Assembly: GCA_036390255.1 (NCBI GenBank)
Contig: DASWCE010000230.1
Location: 5,701 to 69,700 of the forward strand
Direction: 5' to 3'
DNA: 64,000 nucleotides
Origin: Gemmatimonadales bacterium
GTDB lineage: Bacteria; Gemmatimonadota; Gemmatimonadetes; Gemmatimonadales; GWC2-71-9
In this document: in pieces, positions 51,711 through 60,260 of the stretch
Layout: each line of letters opens with the position of its first letter
Numbering within the stretch: position 1 is the first letter of the stretch
Made by a program: the position numbers and the translations under genes
The notes under the pieces: generated by a model
Databases searched by the model: none
What the model was told of the DNA's origin: nothing
The model's input: only the letters and a program-made list of their open reading frames with translations

Positions 51711-51760
51711 GGCGCGGAAAGTAGACGGTAAGTTGCGTCGGGTCAAGACTATACATATCT

Positions 51761-52471
51761 TTGGCGGTCGCTTACCCGAGCAACGCTATCTCGTTCGAGT
51801 TCTTCGTCTGGGCCCCGGTGTTGCTGTTCTCGATGATCGCCCACGAATATGCCCACGCCGAGGCCGCCTACCGGCAGGGTGACTCCACCGCCTACATGCT
51901 CGGGCGGCTGACGTTCAATCCGCTCAAGCACATCGATCCGTTTATGACGGTGATCCTGCCGTTAGTGCTGTGGTTCGGATCGCACGGCACCTACACCTTC
52001 GGCGGCGCGAAGCCGGTGCCGGTGAACCCCCGCAATTACCGGCAGTACGTCAGGGGGGACGTCATCGTCTCGCTCGCGGGCATTGTCGTCAATCTCGTGT
52101 TGTTCCTGATTTTCACGGCGCTGTTTGCGACCGTCGGCACGATCGCCGAAGCGTTACCGGCGCTCGGCCCGACCCTCGAGATTCTCCAGCGCATGATGTA
52201 CTACGGCATGTGGCTCAATCTCGTGCTCGCGTTTTTCAATCTGATTCCGATCCCGCCGCTTGATGGCAGCCACGTCTTCTATCATCTGTTACCGCCCGGC
52301 GCCGGCATGCAGTACCGGCAGCTGCAGCGCTTCGGCTTCCTGCCGATCATGCTCGTCAGCTTCGTGTTGCCGGGGGTGATTCAGTTCTTCCTCTGGCCCG
52401 CGGTGAAGCTGATGCGCGTTGCCCTGACCATGGTGATTCCGGTCGCGTTGCCGCACGGGCTGCCCTCATGA
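51761..52471 (+). CDS. Site-2 protease family (peptidase M50) membrane protein
   Basis: HEYAHA zinc motif within a TM segment, NLIPIPPLDGSH second motif; TTG start. Confidence 0.85.
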   Translation: MAVAYPSNAISFEFFVWAPVLLFSMIAHEYAHAEAAYRQGDSTAYMLGRLTFNPLKHIDPFMTVILPLVLWFGSHGTYTFGGAKPVPVNPRNYRQYVRGDVIVSLAGIVVNLVLFLIFTALFATVGTIAEALPALGPTLEILQRMMYYGMWLNLVLAFFNLIPIPPLDGSHVFYHLLPPGAGMQYRQLQRFGFLPIMLVSFVLPGVIQFFLWPAVKLMRVALTMVIPVALPHGLPS

Positions 52472-53217
52472 CGGGTACGCCTATCCTTCGCGATCCCGGC
52501 AACAGCGGCTTTATCGTCGAGCTGGAGAAGTTCTCCGGTCCGCTCGACCTGCTGCTGCATCTCATCCGCGAAGACGAAGTCGACATCACCGATCTGCCCA
52601 TCGCCAAGATCGCCGACCAGTTCCTCTCAGTGATCAACGAGCTCGGACTCAACCAGGCCGCCGATTATCTCGAAATGGCCGCGCGCCTCTTGCGCATCAA
52701 GGCGCAGTTGCTGCTGCCGCGCCGGCTCGGCGATGACGAATGGGAAGATCCGCGGGCCGAGCTGGTCCGCCGGCTGCTGGAATACCAGCAGATCCGTGAG
52801 CTCGTGGACTGGCTGGGACATGCCGCGGACGTTCGCGCTGAGCGTCTTGGCCGCGGCTATGAGGCACCGCCGCCGGATGCGCCGCCCGCACCGCTCCAGA
52901 TCGACCTCAACGATCTGCTCGCCGCCGCAGAGCGCGTCATCGCGCTCATCCCAGAACCGATGCTCCACCGCGTCGTGCCGCGCCCGCTCGACGTCGAAGG
53001 GGCGACCGCCCGGATCAACGCGCTCCTGGCGGCGCGGGAGCAGTTCGGCTGGTCCGACATCGTGGGCCGGGGCGCCACGATCGTCGACGTACTGTCGGCG
53101 TTCATCGCCCTCCTCGAGCTGGCCAAGCGCAGCGCGCTGACGCTCTCGCAACCCGAACCCTTCGGCCCGATAGTCATCACCCGTGCGGCCCAACAGCCCC
53201 CTCGCGAAGCTGCTTGA
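52468..53217 (+). CDS. scpA: Segregation and condensation protein A
   Basis: FSGPLDLLLHLIREDEVDITDLPIAKIADQF. Confidence 0.88.
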   Translation: MTGTPILRDPGNSGFIVELEKFSGPLDLLLHLIREDEVDITDLPIAKIADQFLSVINELGLNQAADYLEMAARLLRIKAQLLLPRRLGDDEWEDPRAELVRRLLEYQQIRELVDWLGHAADVRAERLGRGYEAPPPDAPPAPLQIDLNDLLAAAERVIALIPEPMLHRVVPRPLDVEGATARINALLAAREQFGWSDIVGRGATIVDVLSAFIALLELAKRSALTLSQPEPFGPIVITRAAQQPPREAA

Positions 53218-53740
53218 AGCCGCGCTGTTTGCGGCGTCGCGCCCGCTGACGCTCGAAGAGCTCGCGTCGCTCGACCAGGGCGCGGGAGAAATCGCAGTGC
53301 GTGCTGCCATCGACGAAATCCGATCGATGTACGGTGAGGAGCACGGCGTCGAGCTCGTCGAGATCGCGGAGGGGTGGCAGTTCCTTACGCGCCGCGAATA
53401 CGCCGAGACCATCGAGCGTGCGCAGTTTGCGCTGCGGCCGCGCCGTTTGTCACCGGCCGCGCTCGAAACGCTGGCGATCATTGCCTATCGCCAGCCGGTG
53501 GGGCGGCTGGAGGTGGACGAGATCCGCGGCGTGGACTCGGGGGCGGTCATCGACAAGCTGCTCGAGCGCGGTCTCATCGAGGTCGTGACGCGCGGCGCAG
53601 GTCTGGGCCGCCCGCTGCTGTATGGCACCACGCCCTCATTCCTGGAGATTCTCGGCTTGAAGAACCTGGAGGATTTGCCGCGGCTCGAAGAGCTGACCGT
53701 GGCCCTCCGGCGTCCCACCCCCGTCGACGAGCCCGAATGA
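53183..53740 (+). CDS. scpB: Segregation and condensation protein B
   Basis: LLEAALFAASRPLTLEEL and SPAALETLAIIAYRQPV; GTG 53183, 35-nt overlap with scpA. Confidence 0.85.
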   Translation: MRPNSPLAKLLEAALFAASRPLTLEELASLDQGAGEIAVRAAIDEIRSMYGEEHGVELVEIAEGWQFLTRREYAETIERAQFALRPRRLSPAALETLAIIAYRQPVGRLEVDEIRGVDSGAVIDKLLERGLIEVVTRGAGLGRPLLYGTTPSFLEILGLKNLEDLPRLEELTVALRRPTPVDEPE

Positions 53741-54468
53741 CCCTCATGCGCCTGCAGCGCGCCCTGGCGCGCGCGGGCGTCGCGTCACGCCGCAAGGCGG
53801 AAGACTTGATCCGCGCCGGTCGCGTGCGCGTGGACGGTGCACCGGCGACGATCGGGATGAGCGTCGATCCAGGCGCGCAGAAAATCACGGTCGACGGCCG
53901 TGCGGTACGGAGCGCGACGCGCACCGCCTGGCTCGCGCTCAATAAGCCGATCGGCTACGTGGTCAGCCGCTCCGACCCTGAGGGGCGCCGCACCGTCTTC
54001 GGGTTGCTCCCGAAGATTCCCGGCCTCACGTACGTTGGACGGCTGGACGTGATGACCTCAGGGCTGCTGCTCCTGACGACGGATGGAACCGCGGCGCACC
54101 GGCTCATGCATCCACGCTACGAAGTGCCGCGCACGTATTGGCTCGCGGTGCACGGCGCCGCGGGGGGCGGGGGGACGGACGCGATTCGACAGGCGCTGGC
54201 GCAACGCATCGTGATCGAAGGGCGCGCGGTGCGTATCCTCACCTCCCGTGTTCGCCCGGCAGGCAAGTCAGTCGAGATCGAGCTGACACTCGCCGAGGGC
54301 CGGCAGCGGATTGTGCGCCGCATCGCGGAAGCGTTGGGTCTCAAGGTCGAATGGTTGCATCGTGTGGCCTATGGCCCGGTCCGCCTCGGGAAGCTGGCGG
54401 AGGGTCATTGGCGCGAGCTCACCCGGCAAGAGATCGGAGCGATCGAGCGACTGCATGAATCTCGCTGA
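53737..54468 (+). CDS. rluB: Pseudouridine synthase (RluB/RsuA family)
   Basis: S4 domain RLQRALARAGVASRRKAEDLIRAGRV and catalytic VGRLDVMTSGLLLLTTDG; ATGA overlap with scpB. Confidence 0.9.
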   Translation: MTLMRLQRALARAGVASRRKAEDLIRAGRVRVDGAPATIGMSVDPGAQKITVDGRAVRSATRTAWLALNKPIGYVVSRSDPEGRRTVFGLLPKIPGLTYVGRLDVMTSGLLLLTTDGTAAHRLMHPRYEVPRTYWLAVHGAAGGGGTDAIRQALAQRIVIEGRAVRILTSRVRPAGKSVEIELTLAEGRQRIVRRIAEALGLKVEWLHRVAYGPVRLGKLAEGHWRELTRQEIGAIERLHESR

Positions 54469-54949
54469 CCGGACGGTAATGTTGCTGGGCGGGAGTGGCC
54501 TCGTCGGCTACGCCGTCGCGCGCCGGGTGCTGGCGGCGACACCGCCGCCTCGCCGTCTGCTCGCCACGGACGCTGCGCTGCGGCAACAGATTATCTCGGT
54601 CGGGTTGCCGATCGTGGCGCCGGACGGCAAGACTCTCTACCGTGGCAGTAGTGTCGTCGTGGCACCAGAGGCGGGCCGGGGCGGCGGGGGCGGCTGGGGC
54701 GGCGGGGCCGGTGATCTGCTGAGTGCCGCGCCGCGCGGGTGGGTCGACCTGCGTCCCGAGCAGTTTGGCGTGTGGATTAAACGGGCGGGCGCGATGGTGC
54801 AGCACGCGGACGCGCGCGCCGCCGGACCCCAAAGCTCCGGCAGCGACGTGGAGTGGAACGCGATCGAGCCTGATGATCCGATCGAGCCCTCGCGCTTCGC
54901 AACATGGGTGTTTACGGTCGAGGACAAGGGGACGCGTATCAAGCGCTGA
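54455..54949 (+). CDS. Hypothetical protein (Rossmann-like GGSGxVG N-terminus, Gly-rich insert)
   Basis: ORF fills the rluB-HEAT interval. MLLGGSGLVGYAVARRVL and GRGGGGGWGGGAGD segments; no family recognised. Confidence 0.45.
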   Translation: MNLADRTVMLLGGSGLVGYAVARRVLAATPPPRRLLATDAALRQQIISVGLPIVAPDGKTLYRGSSVVVAPEAGRGGGGGWGGGAGDLLSAAPRGWVDLRPEQFGVWIKRAGAMVQHADARAAGPQSSGSDVEWNAIEPDDPIEPSRFATWVFTVEDKGTRIKR

Positions 54950-56535
54950 TGGCGATTGACACGGGAGCAGTGGACCGCGCGCTCGGCGCGATCGGCACGA
55001 CGTTCCGGCTGACGCGCCTGTATCCGCCGTCGCACCCGGCGGTGCTGGAAGCCATGCGCCAGATCAGCTCCTGCTTGCCGGCGCTCGCCGCGCTCGGGAC
55101 GGTCGAATGGAAGATCGGCGCGACGGGACTGCACTGGCACGGCCAACACCTGCTGCCACGCAACACCCAGGTGGCTGAGATCGCGGGACTCTTGTTCGCG
55201 CGCGGCGTGCGCGCGATTCAGATCAATCCCGGCGTCACCGCGGAGCAGTGGCTCGGGCTGTTCGGCGTCGCCGTCGGCACCGTCGCGCCTGACGACGCGA
55301 TCCTGGGCCGCATCGCCGTGTTGCTGGGACGTCGCGCGAGCCAGCGGCTGTCGGCGTCGCGCGTGCTCGGTGAAGCGCCACCAGCCGCAGCTCCACCGGC
55401 TGCACCGCCTCCGCAACCTTCCCCCGCACCTCCAGAACCTCCACCAACGGTCGTCCCATCGGCGCCCGTCTTCGTCGCCGCCGCGCCGCCGCTGCGGTCC
55501 GAAACGGTGGCGCCGGCGCGACAGACCGGGGCGTTCCGGCCGGATGTGCTGCCGGCCGATGTAGAAGCACGACGTGCGGTTATCGCGTTGCAAGCTGCCT
55601 CACGGCCGGAAGATCAGCGCACAATCATCGAGAAACTGCGACGTCTCACCCCGGACGTGATTGCATTACGCGACATTGGTGCGGTAGCCGAAGTCGTTGC
55701 CGGACTCGACCGGTCACTTAGCAAGATTCAGGATCCCGAGATTCAGGAAGCCATCGGGGAGGTGGCGGGAGCGCTTGCGGACGAAGCTATTGTGGAGCGT
55801 ATGGTGACGCGGCTGGGCGAGCCCCGGGTCCCGCCTGCCGAGCGCGCGCATCTCGTGAACGCGGTCGGCGCGCTGGGCGCCGTCTCCGCCGGTCTCGTGG
55901 TGGACGCGTACCTGCACGCGGCGCCGGAGCTGCGGGAAGCGTATCGCGCCGCCGTGCGCGCGGCCGGCGAGCGCAGCATAGAGCTTTTGCAGAGCCGCAT
56001 TGCGAGCAAAGTTCCCGAGGTGGTCGCGGCGGCGGCGGAGTTCTTAGGGTTGAGCGGGAGCCCGGCGGTCACCGAATCGCTCGTCGGACTGACGCGGCAC
56101 GCCGATGAGCGCGTGCGCGAAGCGGCGCTGCTTGGTCTGGCCGAGCTGGGAGGGTGGGAGATCGCGCGACCCGCGATGCCCGCGCTGAAAGACGAATCGG
56201 TGCTGGTCCGCACCGCCGCGGCGCGCGCGATTGCGGCTGCCGGCGACGTGGGGGCGACGACGGTGCTGGTGCGCCGTTTGGAGCAGGAAAAGGACGAAGG
56301 GGTATTGGCTGCGTTGCTGAAGGCGATCGGCCAGCTCGGCGCCAAGGAGGCGCTGGAAGTGCTGGCGAAGTACGCCGAGCCCGGTGGAAGACCACGCCGC
56401 ACGCCGTTCGTGCGCGCGGCCGCGATCGAAGGACTGGCGCGACTGGATCGAATGGAGGCAAAAGCGTTGCTCGAGCTCTACGCGCGGGACAAGGAACCGA
56501 CGGTGAAGCGCGCCGCGGAGGCGTCGCTCCGATGA
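54949..56535 (+). CDS. HEAT-repeat protein with Pro-rich linker
   Basis: C-terminal HEAT/PBS-lyase-type repeats (DERVREAALLGLAELG, DESVLVRTAAARAIAAAG, FVRAAAIEGLARL) and a PPAAAPPAAPPPQPSPAPPEPPP linker; TGATG junction. Confidence 0.65.
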   Translation: MAIDTGAVDRALGAIGTTFRLTRLYPPSHPAVLEAMRQISSCLPALAALGTVEWKIGATGLHWHGQHLLPRNTQVAEIAGLLFARGVRAIQINPGVTAEQWLGLFGVAVGTVAPDDAILGRIAVLLGRRASQRLSASRVLGEAPPAAAPPAAPPPQPSPAPPEPPPTVVPSAPVFVAAAPPLRSETVAPARQTGAFRPDVLPADVEARRAVIALQAASRPEDQRTIIEKLRRLTPDVIALRDIGAVAEVVAGLDRSLSKIQDPEIQEAIGEVAGALADEAIVERMVTRLGEPRVPPAERAHLVNAVGALGAVSAGLVVDAYLHAAPELREAYRAAVRAAGERSIELLQSRIASKVPEVVAAAAEFLGLSGSPAVTESLVGLTRHADERVREAALLGLAELGGWEIARPAMPALKDESVLVRTAAARAIAAAGDVGATTVLVRRLEQEKDEGVLAALLKAIGQLGAKEALEVLAKYAEPGGRPRRTPFVRAAAIEGLARLDRMEAKALLELYARDKEPTVKRAAEASLR

Positions 56536-57506
56536 CTACACGCACGGCAAAAACGACCGACGCGGTGTTGGCGCAGACTATCACGCGCGAAGTCGCGAAG
56601 CGCGTGGTGGGGCAGGAGGTCATGGTGGAGCGGCTGCTGATCGGGCTGCTCACCGGGGGACACATTCTACTCGAGGGCGTGCCGGGTCTGGCCAAGACGC
56701 TGGCGGTGCGAACGGTCGCCGAATGCCTGCGCATCAGCTTCTCCCGGATTCAGTTCACGCCCGATCTGCTGCCGGCGGACGTGATCGGCACGATGGTGTT
56801 CGATCAGCGCTCGCAGGAGTTCTATCCTAAGAAGGGTCCGCTCTTTGCCAACCTCGTGCTCGCCGACGAAATCAATCGCGCGCCTGCGAAGGTGCAGTCG
56901 GCGCTGCTCGAGGCGATGCAGGAGAAACAGGTCACGATCGGCGGCGAGACCTTCTACCTCGGCGAGCCGTTCCTTGTGCTCGCGACGCAAAACCCGATCG
57001 AGCACGAAGGGACGTATCCACTCCCGGAAGCGCAGCTCGACCGCTTCATGCTGAAGGTGCGTGTCGGCTATCCGACGCGCGACGCCGAGAAGGAGATCGT
57101 CGGCAGGATGGCATCGGGACGGCCCATCGAAGTCCAGCGGATTGCGGAGGCGGAGGACATCCTCGCGGCGCGGAGCGCGATCGCTGAGCTGTTCATGGAT
57201 CAGAAGGTGGTCGACTACATCGTGGATGCCGTGCGGGCCACGCGCGAGCCGCAGGCCGTCGGCTTGCCCGAGCTCAAGCCGCTGATCGCGTTCGGGGCGT
57301 CGCCACGCGCCTCCATCTACCTCGCCCAGGCTGCCCGCGCGCACGCCTATCTCCGCGGGCGCGCGTTCGTCGTGCCGGAAGACGTGAAGGCGATGGCCTT
57401 CGACGTGCTGCGGCATCGCGTGCTGCTCACCTTCGAGGCCGAAGCGGAAGACATGACCGCCGACCAGGTCATCGCGAAGATCCTGGAGGCCGTGGGAGTG
57501 CCGTGA
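56532..57506 (+). CDS. MoxR-family AAA+ ATPase
   Basis: Walker A LLEGVPGLAKT, Walker B VLADEINRAP, and LATQNPIEHEGTYPLPEAQLDRF; ATGA overlap. Confidence 0.93.
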   Translation: MTTRTAKTTDAVLAQTITREVAKRVVGQEVMVERLLIGLLTGGHILLEGVPGLAKTLAVRTVAECLRISFSRIQFTPDLLPADVIGTMVFDQRSQEFYPKKGPLFANLVLADEINRAPAKVQSALLEAMQEKQVTIGGETFYLGEPFLVLATQNPIEHEGTYPLPEAQLDRFMLKVRVGYPTRDAEKEIVGRMASGRPIEVQRIAEAEDILAARSAIAELFMDQKVVDYIVDAVRATREPQAVGLPELKPLIAFGASPRASIYLAQAARAHAYLRGRAFVVPEDVKAMAFDVLRHRVLLTFEAEAEDMTADQVIAKILEAVGVP

Positions 57507-58444
57507 CATTCGAGGGCAAGGATCGTCGGCGCGGCGGGACTCCAGCCCACCGGGTGCGCCGGCGGGCCGTGACTGCGGAAGTTTTGCGGCACGTCAAGGG
57601 GATCGAGCTTCGCGCCCGCAGCCTGGTCAACACGCTGTTCACTGGCGAATACCGGTCGGTCTTCCGTGGTCAGGGCATCGAGTTCGCGGAGGTCCGCGCC
57701 TACCAGCAGGGCGACGACTTCCGGGCAATCGACTGGAACGTCTCCGCACGGATGGGACATCCCTTCGTCAAGACGTTCATGGAGGAGCGCGAGCTCACAC
57801 TCCTGCTCGTGGTGGACCAGTCCGGTTCGCTGCACTTCGGACACCCCTACACGAAAGCCGGCCTGGCAGTAGAGGTCGCCGCGGTGTTGGCGCTCGCCGC
57901 CGCGCGACACAACGACCGCGTCGGCGCGCTGCTCTTCGCCGACGCACCGGAATACGTGGTGCGACCCGCGAAGGGCCGCGCGCACGCGCTCCGGGTCATC
58001 CGCGACCTCGTGGCGTTCGCTCCACGCGGTCGGGGCACGAACCTCGGTGGGGCGCTGACGTATGCGGCGAAGTTGCTGCGGCACCGGGCGATCATCGTCG
58101 TCCTCTCGGACTTCAGGGCGGCAGAGTGGGAAGTCCCGCTCAGTCAACTCGCCGCGCGCCACGAAGTGGTGGCGATCACCATCGACGATCCGCGCGAGTA
58201 CGATCTCCCGGACGCGGGGTGGGTCGAGCTCGAAGACGCGGAGACGGGGCAACGCTTGCTCGTGGACACGAGCCACGCGCCGACGCGGACGCGGATTCGC
58301 GTCGCGGCTGAAGGGATGCAGCAGGAGCGCAGCCGGAAGCTCGTGCAGGCCGGGGTGGATCGGGTCTCGCTCTCCACGACCGTCCCGTACGGTGTGCCGC
58401 TGCGGCGTGCCTTCGCTGAGCGCGCAAAGCGCTTGAGCCGATGA
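57503..58444 (+). CDS. DUF58 domain protein
   Basis: FRGQGIEFAEVRAYQQGDDFRAIDWNVSAR, and the canonical position after MoxR; GTGA overlap. Confidence 0.85.
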   Translation: MTFEGKDRRRGGTPAHRVRRRAVTAEVLRHVKGIELRARSLVNTLFTGEYRSVFRGQGIEFAEVRAYQQGDDFRAIDWNVSARMGHPFVKTFMEERELTLLLVVDQSGSLHFGHPYTKAGLAVEVAAVLALAAARHNDRVGALLFADAPEYVVRPAKGRAHALRVIRDLVAFAPRGRGTNLGGALTYAAKLLRHRAIIVVLSDFRAAEWEVPLSQLAARHEVVAITIDDPREYDLPDAGWVELEDAETGQRLLVDTSHAPTRTRIRVAAEGMQQERSRKLVQAGVDRVSLSTTVPYGVPLRRAFAERAKRLSR

Positions 58445-59283
58445 TCGCTCTGACCCTCGTCGTGCTGCTGCTGCAAGGCGATGGCTGGACCGCCTCGCCG
58501 AGCCGGACGACGGTCGGTGATACGATCCGGCTCGAGCGCACATTGCCCGCGCCCGCCGGTTGGCGCGTGCGCACGGCCAAGCTCGCCTCCAGCATGGTTG
58601 CCGAGCCGCTCGGCGATCCGGTGGTGGTCGCCACGGCTGCCGGCTACTGGGTCGTGCGCTATACGGTGGTGGCGTGGAGGCCGGGCGAGATCACGCTCGA
58701 CATGCCGCCGATCTGGCGACTGGGTCCTGATGGTACGGCGGACTCCCTGCCGGGCGGTACGGCCGCGTTCCATATCGCGAGTGTGATCCCGGACAGCGTG
58801 AAGGCGCCCGCGCCGCAACCCGCCGTCGGACCGCTCCGGCTTGCGCGAACCAGCCCGATTCCCGCTTTTGTGGGGGTGATTGTCGCCGGCGGTGCGCTGC
58901 TGCTCCTGATTGTCTGGCGACGCCGCGGCCCACGCGTCATCGCGACCAGTGCCCTAGCGGGGCTCGTGGTCGATGGGGAGGTCCCGGACACGCGCTGGCT
59001 CTCTGCCGGTGAGCCGAAGGCGGTGGCGGCGCGCGCGACCCAGCGTCTGCGGCGAGCGGTGGCGCGCGCGATTCCCGATGCGCACGAGGCGCTCAGCACG
59101 ACGGAATGCTTGGAAGCCGTCGAACGGGCCCGGCCGAACGCGCCGCTGCGCGACCTGCGTGAGCTGCTGCAGGCGCTCGATCAGGTCGCGTTTGCGACGG
59201 CCCACGGAGTGGACATCGCGCCACTCGCCGCGCGCGCCCGTGCCCTCGCGCGCGAATTCGGCTCGAACGGATCGTCGGCATGA
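58441..59283 (+). CDS. Hypothetical single-pass membrane protein of the Bat-like operon
   Basis: N-terminal beta-rich exported-looking domain, TM segment PAFVGVIVAGGALLLLIVW, helical C-terminal tail. Occupies the slot of the small TM protein seen in MoxR-DUF58-VWA operons. Confidence 0.6.
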   Translation: MIALTLVVLLLQGDGWTASPSRTTVGDTIRLERTLPAPAGWRVRTAKLASSMVAEPLGDPVVVATAAGYWVVRYTVVAWRPGEITLDMPPIWRLGPDGTADSLPGGTAAFHIASVIPDSVKAPAPQPAVGPLRLARTSPIPAFVGVIVAGGALLLLIVWRRRGPRVIATSALAGLVVDGEVPDTRWLSAGEPKAVAARATQRLRRAVARAIPDAHEALSTTECLEAVERARPNAPLRDLRELLQALDQVAFATAHGVDIAPLAARARALAREFGSNGSSA

Positions 59284-60260
59284 GCTTCGGACGGCCGCTG
59301 CTGCTGTTGCTGCTCGCGGCGCTCCCGCTGTGGTGGTGGTGGCGGCGCCGGCGGCTCGCGAAGCTCGCGGGCGCGCCGATGAGCGATGTCCGGCCGGCGT
59401 TCGGACCGGTGGAGCGGTTGTGGATCGCTCGCCTGCCCGTCTCGCTGCGATCGCTCTGCCTCGCCGCGTGGATCGTCGCCGCGGCCGGTCTGCGTCTCGG
59501 CTCGGCGCGCGCGGAGCTGCGCAGCGAGGGGATCTCGATCGTGCTGGCGGTCGATATCTCCAGCAGCATGCTGGCGGAAGACTTCTCGCCCGCCAACCGG
59601 CTCGATGTCGCGCGGCGCACGGCGACCGAATTCGTGCGCGCGCGGTCGTCGGATCGGATCGGGCTCGTCGCTTTTGCCGGGCAGGCGTTGACGCAGGTGC
59701 CCATCACGACGGATTACGAGGTGCTGGAGGAAGCGATTCGTCAGCTGCGCGTGGGCATTCTCGAGGATGGGACGGCGATCGGCACCGCGATCGCCACGAG
59801 CGCGAACCGGTTACGCCGCGCCCCGGGGAAGAGCAAGGTCGTGGTGCTGCTCACGGATGGGGAGAACAACAAGGGCACGGTCGATCCGCGCACCGCGGCG
59901 CAGGCCGCGGCGGCATTCGGCATCAAGATCTACACGATTGGCGTCGGCACGCAGGGTGAGGCGCCCGTGCCGACGGGGCAGGGGCCGCTCGGTCTGCGGT
60001 ATGAGACGATGCCGGTGAAAATCGACGAGCAGCTGCTCGATGAAGTCGCGCACACGACCGGCGGCCGCTATTTCCGCGCGACCGACGCAGCGTCGCTCTC
60101 GAACATTTTCAGTGAGATCAATCGTCTCGAGAAGACGCCGGTGCAGCATCTCGTCTACCATCGCTACGAGGAAGCCTATCGCTGGCCGCTCGGCATTGGG
60201 CTGCTGGCGCTTGCGCTCGAGCTGGTGCTCGCCGGCACCTTCGCGGTGCGGGTCCCGTGA
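59280..60260 (+). CDS. VWA-domain membrane protein (BatA-like)
   Basis: N-terminal TM segments, MIDAS VLAVDISSSM, and VVLLTDGENN. Confidence 0.85.
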   Translation: MSFGRPLLLLLLAALPLWWWWRRRRLAKLAGAPMSDVRPAFGPVERLWIARLPVSLRSLCLAAWIVAAAGLRLGSARAELRSEGISIVLAVDISSSMLAEDFSPANRLDVARRTATEFVRARSSDRIGLVAFAGQALTQVPITTDYEVLEEAIRQLRVGILEDGTAIGTAIATSANRLRRAPGKSKVVVLLTDGENNKGTVDPRTAAQAAAAFGIKIYTIGVGTQGEAPVPTGQGPLGLRYETMPVKIDEQLLDEVAHTTGGRYFRATDAASLSNIFSEINRLEKTPVQHLVYHRYEEAYRWPLGIGLLALALELVLAGTFAVRVP